From Synergistales bacterium Syner_01 (lineage in GTDB: Bacteria > Synergistota > Synergistia > Synergistales > Aminobacteriaceae), in the NCBI GenBank assembly GCA_001604435.1, contig LVBO01000142.1:1-31500 (forward strand): a stretch of 31,500 nt of DNA. The letters are read 5' to 3'. How positions within the stretch are numbered: the stretch's first letter is position 1; each line of letters opens with the position of its first letter. Made by a program: the position numbers and the translations under genes. The notes under the pieces were generated by a model, which was not told the DNA's origin, did no database searches, and saw only the letters and a program-made list of their open reading frames with translations. Below, piece by piece: positions 1 to 8,323 of this stretch.

Positions 1-59
1 TGGTAAGGCAGAGGACTGCAAATCCTTTATCCCCAGTTCGAATCTGGGTGCCGCCTCCA
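1..59 (+). tRNA. tRNA-Cys(GCA), 5' end truncated by window
   Basis: Anticodon arm GAGGA-CTGCAAA-TCCTT, T-arm GTTCGAATC, ends GCCGCCT-CCA. Confidence 0.96.
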
Positions 60-72
60 ATTTTTTGTACAT

Positions 73-148
73 TCCTCGGTAGCTCAATCGGCAGAGCGGG
101 TGGCTGTTAACCACTAGGTTCGAGGTTCGAGTCCTCGCCGAGGAGCCA
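73..148 (+). tRNA. tRNA-Asn(GTT)
   Basis: Acceptor TCCTCGG/CCGAGGA-G-CCA, anticodon arm GGTGG-CTGTTAA-CCACT, T-loop TTCGAGT. Confidence 0.97.
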
Positions 149-158
149 GAAAGTTTCC

Positions 159-192
159 AGGCCATTCTGGATTTTTCCGGAAGGCCTTTTTT
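159..192 (+). terminator. Intrinsic terminator after tRNA cluster
   Basis: AGGCC(A)TTCTGGA-TTTT-TCCGGAAGGCCT hairpin followed by T-run. Confidence 0.7.
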
Positions 193-306
193 GTTTTAGT
201 CTTGCCGCGCGCGTACTTCCCTCGAAGAGAGCCGCTTACCGAAGTCTTTTTTCGGCGCGCTGGATCATCGGAATATACAGAAGAAGAAAAGAAGAGAGGT
301 GGATAT

Positions 307-471
307 ATGTTTAAAAAGCTAGTGTACATGGCCGGAAAACCATTCTGGCTCCTGCCCGAGGGCAGTCTGCTCGACGTCGAACAGCGCAACGGCCGTATCG
401 TCGATCCGGTTGTTTTCCGCAAGAAGAACGACGTCAGAAGCAACGAGAACACTCATCTGAGTATGAATTAG
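307..471 (+). CDS. Small hypothetical protein (54 aa, MFKKLVYMAGKPFWLLPEG...)
   Basis: SD-like AGAGGTGG just upstream of ATG307; bracketed by terminators at 159-192 and 511-549. Confidence 0.5.
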   Translation: MFKKLVYMAGKPFWLLPEGSLLDVEQRNGRIVDPVVFRKKNDVRSNENTHLSMN

Positions 472-510
472 TCCTTCCCATGCGGGAAGCGCACTGAATA
501 CAGATCGATG

Positions 511-549
511 GACAGGCTCCGGGTTTTCCGGGGCCTGTCTTGTTCTTTT
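511..549 (+). terminator. Intrinsic terminator after small ORF
   Basis: 12-bp stem GACAGGCTCCGG/CCGGGGCCTGTC, 5-nt loop, followed by TTGTTCTTTT. Confidence 0.6.
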
Positions 550-764
550 CCTTTCGAGCTCCGGACAAGATTCCGCACGGTCCGATTCCCCGCTACAGCG
601 CCCTGCATTCGCAGCGAACCAAGCCTGCCTTTAAGAGCATGATACAATATAAAACACATAACCTGTTTGTTCCCTCTGCGATTTTGGATTTAGAATTTGA
701 ATCTCCCGAGGTCGGGCTATGGTCCAAGTGCGGTCGGGGAAGTCACGTAATGAGGATGTGCGCC

Positions 765-1715
765 GTGAGAATACTGATAGCTGAAGACGATCTGACATCT
801 CGCAAAATTCTCTCAGGAGTGCTCCGTAAGATCGGCCACGAGGTCCTGGAAACGGTGGATGGTTTCGCTGCGTGGACGGAGCTGCAAAAAACGGGCGGCC
901 CGAAGCTGGCGATTCTCGACTGGATGATGCCGGAGATGGAAGGGCTGGACGTGGTGCGCAAGGTGCGCGCCCTGGATATCGAAAAGCCACCGTACATCAT
1001 CATGCTGACCACCAGGGGAGAGAAGTCGGACATCATCGCCGGACTGGATGCCGGAGCGAACGATTATCTCTCCAAACCGTTCGACACAGGAGAACTCCAG
1101 GCGCGCGTCGAGGTGGGCCGCCGTATGATCGAACTGCAGGACGCGCTTGTCGAAAGCAGAAAGGCGCTCGCCTACGAAGCCTCTCATGATCCGCTGACCA
1201 AGTTGGCCAACCGGAGGGCTGTTCTGGAGTATCTGGAATTGCAAATGGTTTCCGCGAGGGAGAACGGGGATATTCTGACGGCGGGAATGTGCGACATCGA
1301 CCATTTCAAGAAAGTGAACGACACTTGGGGTCATCAGGTGGGCGACGATGTGTTGTGCGAGCTCGCCCATCTTCTGCGCGAAAGCGTCGAGGGGAGAGGG
1401 GCGGCGGGCCGTATGGGAGGAGAGGAGTTTCTGCTGGTTCTCCGGATGAAGCCGGGGGGCGATTTCATGGGGGAATACGCTGCGATCTGCGCACGGATAG
1501 CCGCAACGCCTCTGAAGACGCGGGCGGGCGATATCCCTGTGACCGTCAGTATAGGGGTTTCATGCGCGTCGGGAAAAAGCAGCGTGGACGCTATACTGGG
1601 TCCGGCGGACGCCGCTCTTTACAGCGCGAAGGCGGGTGGACGGAACAGAGCCGTCTTCGCTTCGCTCGAAAACGAAGAGAATGCCGAAACATCCGACTGC
1701 CCGCGCTCGGAATAG
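765..1715 (+). CDS. Response regulator diguanylate cyclase (REC + GGDEF domain)
   Basis: ILIAEDD, LDWMMP, DYLSKP receiver motifs; DIDHFKKVNDTWGH and GGEEF. Start placed at GTG765 (GAGGA 8 nt upstream; ATG750 is an alternative) rather than 540. Confidence 0.93.
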   Translation: MRILIAEDDLTSRKILSGVLRKIGHEVLETVDGFAAWTELQKTGGPKLAILDWMMPEMEGLDVVRKVRALDIEKPPYIIMLTTRGEKSDIIAGLDAGANDYLSKPFDTGELQARVEVGRRMIELQDALVESRKALAYEASHDPLTKLANRRAVLEYLELQMVSARENGDILTAGMCDIDHFKKVNDTWGHQVGDDVLCELAHLLRESVEGRGAAGRMGGEEFLLVLRMKPGGDFMGEYAAICARIAATPLKTRAGDIPVTVSIGVSCASGKSSVDAILGPADAALYSAKAGGRNRAVFASLENEENAETSDCPRSE

Positions 1716-1727
1716 CACCGCCGCGGG

Positions 1728-1760
1728 AAAAAAGAAGAGCCTTCCCTTACGGAGAGGCTC
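1728..1760 (-). terminator. Intrinsic terminator between convergent DGC and MarR-GNAT genes
   Basis: GAGCCT-TCC/GGA-G-AGGCTC hairpin with TCTTCTTTTTT tail on the minus strand. Confidence 0.6.
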
Positions 1761-1768
1761 CTCGGCTC

Positions 1769-2725
1769 TTAGACCATTTCGACCTCTTCGTCCGGGTCGA
1801 AGAGAAGAATGTCCCACCGCTCTTCGGTCAGTTCGCGCCCCCATATCGTGTGCGCGACTTCCTCGGTGGGGGAGAATCCGTACATCTCGTAGAGATGACG
1901 CGCGTTCCGAAGCTCGGAAAACGTCCACAGGAAGATCCTGTGATACAGGTTCATCCGGCAGAAATCCAAAGTCTCCTCCATCAGACGTCTTCCCACTCCC
2001 ATGCCGCGGAACTCCGGCTCCACAAGGAACCAGCGGAGCTGGGCAACCCGTTCTTCGACATGGTCGATGGCGATGGAGCCGACGACCGAACCGCCGTTCG
2101 TCGCGACCCACGCCTGCCCCATGCCGTTTTCCCTGTTCTTCAGAAAACGCGCCATCCCTTCGAAGAGGTAGGATTCGAACGACGCGTCGAAAGCGTACTG
2201 CTTGCTGTAAAACTCCATGTGGCGTGCGACGACCGTGCCGAGTTCGCCCGGAGATACGGTACGTACTTCGAGTTCAAGCGGAGTTTTCGTCAAAAGCGAG
2301 CGAATACTTTCCATAGAGCGCAAGAGCGCTGCGGTTTCTCTCTCCGAAAGGGGGGAAATAAGATCCGCCGCTTTCTTGTCCGACGCCTTTTCAAGAGAGG
2401 CGAGCACTCGTTCGCCGTGTTCGGTCAGCCTGAGCAGATACGCTCTCCCATCGAGCGGCGACCGCTCCTTCGTCAGCAGTTCATCCTGTTCGAAACGGCG
2501 GACTATCCTGCTCAAGTATCCGGGGTCGAGGTCAAGTTCCCTGTTGATTTCGCTTGCCGTAGGATTTTCCGAGTGTTTGATCTCGAAGAGGACTCTCACC
2601 TCGGCCAGGGAGAAGGGGCTGTTCAGCACCGACTGGTTCACGGCGCCTATGATCCGGGTATAAAACCGGTTGAAAGAACGTATCCTCTGCGTAATTTCGT
2701 GCGGGTTCTCTTTCACTTCCATCAC
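1769..2725 (-). CDS. Bifunctional MarR-type HTH regulator / GNAT N-acetyltransferase
   Basis: N-terminal MarR wHTH (LDPGYLSRIV, SPLDGRAYLLRLT); C-terminal GNAT (LRWFLVEPEFRGMGVGRRL, ARHLYEMYGF). Start may be ATG2722. Confidence 0.93.
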   Translation of the reverse strand: MMEVKENPHEITQRIRSFNRFYTRIIGAVNQSVLNSPFSLAEVRVLFEIKHSENPTASEINRELDLDPGYLSRIVRRFEQDELLTKERSPLDGRAYLLRLTEHGERVLASLEKASDKKAADLISPLSERETAALLRSMESIRSLLTKTPLELEVRTVSPGELGTVVARHMEFYSKQYAFDASFESYLFEGMARFLKNRENGMGQAWVATNGGSVVGSIAIDHVEERVAQLRWFLVEPEFRGMGVGRRLMEETLDFCRMNLYHRIFLWTFSELRNARHLYEMYGFSPTEEVAHTIWGRELTEERWDILLFDPDEEVEMV

Positions 2726-2753
2726 TTCCTTTCGTTTAGGATTTTCACTCTGT

Positions 2754-2783
2754 AATGATATTTCGTATCATTGATGATGTCAA
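2754..2783 (-). promoter_or_regulatory. Sigma70 promoter of MarR-GNAT gene with overlapping palindromic operator
   Basis: Minus strand TTGACA-17nt-TATCAT; palindrome AATGATA-N5-TATCATT (2754-2772) covers the -10 and spacer. Confidence 0.75.
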
Positions 2784-2866
2784 GCAAATTATCGTCTGTT
2801 TGGAAGAAGTTTTGACGAAAATACATCCTTTCCGGTGAGGAGTATAGGGGGGTGTATGCACATATA

Positions 2867-4141
2867 TCATCGGTGCTTCGTCAAGTCCTTCAGATGTTGG
2901 AGTTTTTCGGGAGAGATATTCCCCGAGAGGAATGAGGAGTAGGCCGTCTTATTGTGGAGTAGCGGTTCGCGCCGCAGTTCAGGGAGGGAAGAGGCGGCTT
3001 CCTCGAACGAGGGCGTTCCCGGTACCGGGGAGAATTCCGCAAGCTTCGACCGCGCTCCGCACGATTCGACGAAGCGTATCGATTCTTCCACCGAGGCTGT
3101 TGACTGTCCGGGAAGGCCGGCGAGAATGTATGTTTCCATCTGTTCGGAGGCGAACCCCGCTTTCGTCAGATTGTGAAGGGCGCGCCGAAACTCTTCCCCG
3201 GACGTCTTGCCGGAGCCCTTTCGCTGAAAGGAGGGGTCGCTGCTTTCGAGGCTCAGGCGCAGAGTTTGAAACCCTGTCCGCTTGAGGACGGCGGCGCAGC
3301 GTTCGTCGATTTCCCGGACGTGGAGCCCGTTCGGCGTATGGTATCGGACGCCGGGGAAGCGAGAAACGAGCTCTTCGCAGAGCGGATAGAAGCGCCGTTC
3401 CTTGTCGATCAGCAGCGCGTCGTCGTAGAATGCCGCGTCGCGCACTCCGTCGAGGGAGAACTGAAAAGCGGCGTCGCCAAGCGTCTCGGAAAGGTCCCTC
3501 TCGATGAACTTCGGGAAGAGCAGCTTGGAGGCGCAGTAGTCGCAAGAGAGCGGGCAGCCGAACGACGTCAAAAGCGGCGCGTACCCCGGCTCTTGGTACA
3601 GCTCCATCGCCGGGCGGATAAAGGGGATGTCCGGCAGGACGTCCTGTACGATGTCCGCTCCCGACTTCCCGGCGTGTTCGGGACAGAGCCGGGCGTAAAC
3701 GCCTCCCAGAAGGACGGGTACGTCGGGGAAGACCTCCTTCGTCAGCTCGACGGCGCGAAAAACGCCCTCGTACCAGTAGGTCATTCCGGACGTGACCATG
3801 ACGTAGTCCGGACGCGGGAGCGCGCGCAGCCGCCGGAGGATCTCCGCGTCGTCCAGCCCGAATCTGTGGTAGCGGCGGGGAATGTTCCGGAAGGGGGCCG
3901 GTTTGGGGATTTCCTTCCGGAGGAGCTTTCGGCGTCCGAAGGAGAGCCGCTCGCCGGAGCCTTCCGCGATGCAGTCGAGAAGGTGGACCGTGTTCCTCCG
4001 TCTCCGGAGAGCGTCGAGGAGAAAGAGGAGCCCGAGCGGTTTCGCCCACAGGTCGAAAAACGTGAAGTCGAAGACGGGGGGATTGATCCCGAGGATGGTC
4101 GCTCCCCGAAGTTCTCTGAGAAACGGCGTAGCGTCCGCCAT
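2867..4141 (-). CDS. B12-binding-domain radical SAM protein
   Basis: CPLSCDYC (CxxxCxxC); N-terminal cobalamin-binding-like domain (PDYVMVTSGMTYWY, PVLLGGVYA); FYDDALL; YILAGLPGQ. Confidence 0.88.
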   Translation of the reverse strand: MADATPFLRELRGATILGINPPVFDFTFFDLWAKPLGLLFLLDALRRRRNTVHLLDCIAEGSGERLSFGRRKLLRKEIPKPAPFRNIPRRYHRFGLDDAEILRRLRALPRPDYVMVTSGMTYWYEGVFRAVELTKEVFPDVPVLLGGVYARLCPEHAGKSGADIVQDVLPDIPFIRPAMELYQEPGYAPLLTSFGCPLSCDYCASKLLFPKFIERDLSETLGDAAFQFSLDGVRDAAFYDDALLIDKERRFYPLCEELVSRFPGVRYHTPNGLHVREIDERCAAVLKRTGFQTLRLSLESSDPSFQRKGSGKTSGEEFRRALHNLTKAGFASEQMETYILAGLPGQSTASVEESIRFVESCGARSKLAEFSPVPGTPSFEEAASSLPELRREPLLHNKTAYSSFLSGNISPEKLQHLKDLTKHR

Positions 4142-4265
4142 GCATGATCAGCTCTTTTCCGAAGATATGGAGGAAGTCTTGGCGGCTTCTCCCCCTTTAA
4201 TGATACCATCGCGCCGACGGCGCCACGTCGGCGAACCTCTCCCCGTGCAGAGAGTCCGGCCGTTT

Positions 4266-4295
4266 TTGACAGTATTTCTCGGCAAGGTGTATAAT
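4266..4295 (+). promoter_or_regulatory. Sigma70 promoter for riboswitch-thiT
   Basis: TTGACA (4266-4271), 18 nt spacer, TATAAT (4290-4295). Confidence 0.75.
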
Positions 4296-4305
4296 TGCTG
4301 CGTTC

Positions 4306-4397
4306 GCATCGGGGGAGTCCGCAACGGACTGAGAGGGGGGTGTTCGTCCCCCGACTCCTGGAACCTGATCCGGGTCATGCCGGCGAAGGGAAGGTGC
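4306..4397 (+). promoter_or_regulatory. TPP riboswitch aptamer
   Basis: GGGGAGTCC...GGACTGAGAG...GAACCTGATCCGGGTCATGCCGGCGAAGGGAAG core; P1 GCATC/GGTGC; lies upstream of thiT. Confidence 0.95.
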
Positions 4398-4446
4398 CGC
4401 TTTCAGGGACATTCCACCGATGAAAAGCTGAAAGGAGGAGTGTTCC

Positions 4447-4962
4447 ATGTTTCATGTCCGCAACACCATTCTCGTCGAAGGCGCTCTTGCAGTCGCCCTC
4501 TCCGTTGTGTTCTCGGCGCTTCGCCTCTGGACGATGCCCCAGGGAGGCTCCATCACCCTCGAAATGCTTCCGATTTTTCTCTTCGCCCTCAGGCGGGGCG
4601 GAAAAGCAGGGTTGGCGGCGGGAGCCGTCTCGGGGGTCATGCAGCTCATCACCGGCGGGTACATCGTGCACCCCGCGCAGGCCCTTCTTGACTATCCGAT
4701 CGCGTTCGGCGTCCTCGGCGTGACGGGTTTCTTCAAGAACCGTCCTCTCTGGCTGGGAATTACGCTCGGCGGCTCGCTCCGCTTCTTCTGCCACGTGCTC
4801 TCCGGAGTCGTCTTCTTCGGCTCGTTCGCCCCGGAAGGGACGAACGTCTGGGTGTACTCCGCAGTCTACAACGGCTCGTTCATGGCGCCGACGCTCGTCG
4901 TCTGCGGCGTGCTCGCCTATCTTATCTGGCCCAGGCTTAGGAGGGTGGGGGCGGAGGAATAA
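4447..4962 (+). CDS. thiT: ECF transporter S component, thiamine-specific (ThiT/YuaJ family)
   Basis: MPQGGSIT, QALLDYPIAF, CHVLSGVVFF, YSAVYNGSFM motifs; hydrophobic; downstream of TPP riboswitch; SD AAAGGAGG. Confidence 0.93.
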   Translation: MFHVRNTILVEGALAVALSVVFSALRLWTMPQGGSITLEMLPIFLFALRRGGKAGLAAGAVSGVMQLITGGYIVHPAQALLDYPIAFGVLGVTGFFKNRPLWLGITLGGSLRFFCHVLSGVVFFGSFAPEGTNVWVYSAVYNGSFMAPTLVVCGVLAYLIWPRLRRVGAEE

Positions 4963-6019
4963 TCCCCTCGCCGAAAAGCCGCTCCCGTATCTTTCCGCTC
5001 CCGGCGGGCAGAGTCGCCGCCGCCAGTTCCGACGGATTTGCCCACCTGCCGTTCACAGCTTCGAGGTCGCCGGGGGAGTGCAGCCGTACAATCCGGACTG
5101 CGAGGCGAAGACGCCACTTCGTAAAGGAGCAGCGGACTTCGCCGCCGCAGTTCGCATCGCTTCTCCGCGCCAGTTCCGTCAACGGCGATTCCTGCTCCGC
5201 CGGCGGCGCGCTCCAGGGAAACTCCTCGAAGTTCGCCCACAGCCCCGCGGGGGGGCGTCTTCGCAGAAAAACGCGATCTCCGGACACGAAGACTGCTAGG
5301 AGTCCTTCGAGGCTCTCCGACTTCGTCCGCCGGGAGAGTACCGGGCGTTCGAGGGCGCTTCCCCGAAGTCGCGCGAGGCAGAGGAACTCGAGCGGACACT
5401 CTCCGCACAGGGGCGACGTCGGCGCGCAGAGCGTCGCGCCGAGTTCCATGATCGCGGAGTTGAAGTCTCCCGGACGATCCGCCGGGAGCATTCGTTCGAA
5501 GGCGCTCAGGACGGTTTTCTCCCCCACCCTTCGGTCGACCGGCTCTTGAAGGTCGAGCAGGCGGGAGAAGACGCGCTTTCCGTTGGCGTCGAGGGCGGGG
5601 ACGCGAAGACCGAAGGCGATGCTCGCCACTGCCGCGGCGGTGTAGGGACCGACTCCCGGAAGGGCGCGCAGCTCCTCGAAGGACGCTGGAAGCGTGGCGA
5701 ATCCGCGCTCTTGCAGCAGCCGCGCCGCGCGCAGCAGGTTCCTCGCCCTGGAGTAATACCCGAGTCCCTCCCATGCCTTGAGGACCTCCTCGTCTTCCGC
5801 CTCGGCGAGCGAGCGCAGCGTGGGAAAGGCACGCATCCAGCGGCGATGGTACTCCACCCCTCGTGCGGCCTGAGTCTGCTGGAGCATCACCTCCGAGATC
5901 CAGACGGCGTACGGATCGTTCGTCTCCCGCCATGGGAAGGGCCGCCGGCAGGCGTCGTACCAGCGGAGCAGCGGCGGAGCTCCTTCTTCCAGAGTGATCT
6001 TCGGCGAACCGTGTACCAT
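4937..6019 (-). CDS. mutY: A/G-specific adenine DNA glycosylase
   Basis: PYAVWISEVMLQQT, WEGLGYYSRARNL, HhH LPGVGPYTA, Fe-S motif CX6CX2CX5C, C-terminal NUDIX-like domain; start at ATG6019 with GGAGG SD. Confidence 0.95.
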   Translation of the reverse strand: MVHGSPKITLEEGAPPLLRWYDACRRPFPWRETNDPYAVWISEVMLQQTQAARGVEYHRRWMRAFPTLRSLAEAEDEEVLKAWEGLGYYSRARNLLRAARLLQERGFATLPASFEELRALPGVGPYTAAAVASIAFGLRVPALDANGKRVFSRLLDLQEPVDRRVGEKTVLSAFERMLPADRPGDFNSAIMELGATLCAPTSPLCGECPLEFLCLARLRGSALERPVLSRRTKSESLEGLLAVFVSGDRVFLRRRPPAGLWANFEEFPWSAPPAEQESPLTELARRSDANCGGEVRCSFTKWRLRLAVRIVRLHSPGDLEAVNGRWANPSELAAATLPAGSGKIRERLFGEGIIPPPPPS

Positions 6020-6209
6020 GCGGCGCCTCCTTCCTTCTTGATCTCTTCGTTTTTCTTCCATAGAGCATATGTATAACATGGAGCGTCATAGGGTACAATA
6101 CGAGGGGAGTATTCCGGACATTCCACCGGTTCAGAAAAGGCCCCGGCCATAGAGGCTTTCCCCCCGTTCGTTCGAGGGGGCGCTCTATCCCGCAGAAGGA
6201 GGAACGAAA

Positions 6210-8261
6210 ATGGCGACAACTGAGAGCATCCGGTACGATTTTTCTCTTTTCGGCGAGATGGACTCCTATCTCTTCCGGGAGGGCAATCACTTCCGCCTGT
6301 ACGAAAAACTGGGGGCGCACGTCGTCGACGACGGCAAACTCCCGGGGACGTATTTCGCGCTCTGGGCGCCCAACGCGAGGGAGGTCAGCGTGATCGGCGC
6401 CTTCAACGACTGGGACAGGACGCGTCACTATCTCTCCCCCAGGAAGGACAGTTCGGGGATATGGGAGGGCTTCGTCCCCGGAGTGGGCAAGGGCGCGCTG
6501 TACAAGTACTCCCTCCGCTCCCGCAACGGGAATGTCTTCGAGAAGGGAGACCCTTTCGCCGCCTTCTGGGAGATCGCGCCGAAGACGGCCTCCATCGTCT
6601 GGCCGTACGACTACTCATGGAACGACGAAGAGTGGATGAAAAACCGCCGCGCGCACAACGCCCTCGACGCCCCGATGTCGGTCTACGAGGTGCACGTCGG
6701 GTCGTGGCGCAGAAAACCGGCCGAGGGCTTCCGTTCGCTCTCCTATCGCGAGCTGGGGCACGAGCTCGGCGAGTACGTCCGCGCGGCGGGCTTCACGCAC
6801 GTCGAGCTGCTCCCCGTCATGGAACACCCGTTCTACGGCTCCTGGGGATACCAGACGCTGGGGTACTTCGCGCCCACAAGCCGCTACGGAACGCCGGAGG
6901 ACTTCATGTACATGGTGGACGTGCTGCATCAGATGGGGATCGGCGTGGTCCTCGACTGGGTGCCGTCGCACTTCCCGGCCGACGCGTACGGGCTTGCCCG
7001 CTTCGACGGCACTTGCCTGTACGAGCACGAGGATCCCCGGAAGGGGTATCAGCCGGACTGGGGGAGCCAGATCTTCAACTTCGGCCGCAACGAGGTGCGC
7101 GAGTTTCTGATCAGCAGCGCCTTCTGCTGGCTCGACCGCTTCCACGCCGACGGAATACGGGTGGACGCCGTCGCTTCAATGCTCTACCTTGATTACTCCC
7201 GTAAGGAAGGGGAGTGGATCCCGAACCAGTTCGGCGGCAGAGAGAATCTGGAAGCCGTCGGTTTTCTGAAAAAAATGAACGAGGCCGTCTACCAGGAGTT
7301 CCCCGATGTCCAGACCGTCGCCGAGGAGTCCACCGCCTGGCCGATGGTGACGCGCCCGACCTTCTTGGGAGGTCTCGGCTTCGGCATGAAGTGGAACATG
7401 GGGTGGATGCACGACATCCTCGAGTACATGCAGAAGGACCCTGTCTACCGTAAGTACAACCACAACAAGATCACCTTCAGCATAATGTACGCCTTCACCG
7501 AGAACTTTCTTCTCCCCTTTTCGCACGACGAGGTGGTCCACGGCAAAGGGTCCATGCTCGGCAAGATGCCGGGCGACGAATGGCAGCAGTACGCCAATCT
7601 CCGGCTGCTGCTGGGGTTTATGTACGCGCATCCGGGGAAGAAGCTCCTCTTCATGGGGAGCGAATTCGGCCAGGGGAGAGAGTGGAACCACGACGACAGC
7701 CTCTTCTGGGATCTGCTGCACTCTCATCGCCACAAGGGGATGCTGGACTGGGTGACCGACCTGAACCGGGTCTACCGGAGCGAAGCGGCCCTCCATTCGC
7801 GAGACTTCTCGCCGGAGGGGTTCCAGTGGTGCGACTTCTCCGACTGGGAGCAGAGCGTGGTCTCCTTCGTCAGGAAGGGCGCCGGGAGGGAAATGGTCTT
7901 CGCGGTCTTCAACTTCACCCCTGTGCCGCGCTTCGGGTACCGTATCTCCGTCCCGGAGGGCGGATGGTGGAGGGAGCTGCTCAACAGCGACGCGGGGGAG
8001 TACGGAGGAAGCGGCGTCGGCAACTTCGGCGGCGCGAAGGCGGAGCCGATCCCGAACTCCTCCTGGCATTCGCTGACTGTTTCGCTTCCGCCGCTGGGAA
8101 TGCTGCTCTTCAAGCTGGAACGCCCGGAGGCGCTTCCGGAACCCGTCACGGAAAATCGGCCTGTGTCCATCCCCGCTCCGGTTCCGCAGGAAGCGAAGAA
8201 GACGCTCCCCGAGCCGGCAAAACCGCCTCTTCCGGAAGCGACGAGACGAGGGAAAAAGTAA
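6210..8261 (+). CDS. glgB: 1,4-alpha-glucan branching enzyme (GH13)
   Basis: FALWAPNA, YEVHVGSW, RVDAVASMLY, AEESTAWP, SHDEVVHGK catalytic motifs; SD AAGGAGG. Confidence 0.97.
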   Translation: MATTESIRYDFSLFGEMDSYLFREGNHFRLYEKLGAHVVDDGKLPGTYFALWAPNAREVSVIGAFNDWDRTRHYLSPRKDSSGIWEGFVPGVGKGALYKYSLRSRNGNVFEKGDPFAAFWEIAPKTASIVWPYDYSWNDEEWMKNRRAHNALDAPMSVYEVHVGSWRRKPAEGFRSLSYRELGHELGEYVRAAGFTHVELLPVMEHPFYGSWGYQTLGYFAPTSRYGTPEDFMYMVDVLHQMGIGVVLDWVPSHFPADAYGLARFDGTCLYEHEDPRKGYQPDWGSQIFNFGRNEVREFLISSAFCWLDRFHADGIRVDAVASMLYLDYSRKEGEWIPNQFGGRENLEAVGFLKKMNEAVYQEFPDVQTVAEESTAWPMVTRPTFLGGLGFGMKWNMGWMHDILEYMQKDPVYRKYNHNKITFSIMYAFTENFLLPFSHDEVVHGKGSMLGKMPGDEWQQYANLRLLLGFMYAHPGKKLLFMGSEFGQGREWNHDDSLFWDLLHSHRHKGMLDWVTDLNRVYRSEAALHSRDFSPEGFQWCDFSDWEQSVVSFVRKGAGREMVFAVFNFTPVPRFGYRISVPEGGWWRELLNSDAGEYGGSGVGNFGGAKAEPIPNSSWHSLTVSLPPLGMLLFKLERPEALPEPVTENRPVSIPAPVPQEAKKTLPEPAKPPLPEATRRGKK

Positions 8262-8269
8262 CATCATAC

Positions 8270-8310
8270 AGCGCGGAGGAGACACGACGTTCTCCTCCGC
8301 GCTTTTTCTT
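8270..8310 (+). terminator. Intrinsic terminator of glgB
   Basis: 13-bp perfect stem AGCGCGGAGGAGA/TCTCCTCCGCGCT then TTTTCTT. Confidence 0.8.
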
Positions 8311-8323
8311 CGTCGAATCGCGT

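Noticed and set aside
540-764. 75-aa N-terminal extension of the diguanylate cyclase
   Set aside because: Runs through a terminator tail and AT-rich promoter-like DNA; the REC domain starts at GTG765 with an SD
73-1715. Possible genomic island integrated at tRNA-Asn (or at tRNA-Glu, 19948)
   Set aside because: No integrase and no duplicated tRNA 3' end found in the window
2857-2943. 28-codon plus-strand ORF with SD-like GGGGGTG, antisense to the radical SAM 3' end
   Set aside because: Very short, no matching promoter, mostly overlaps a real gene
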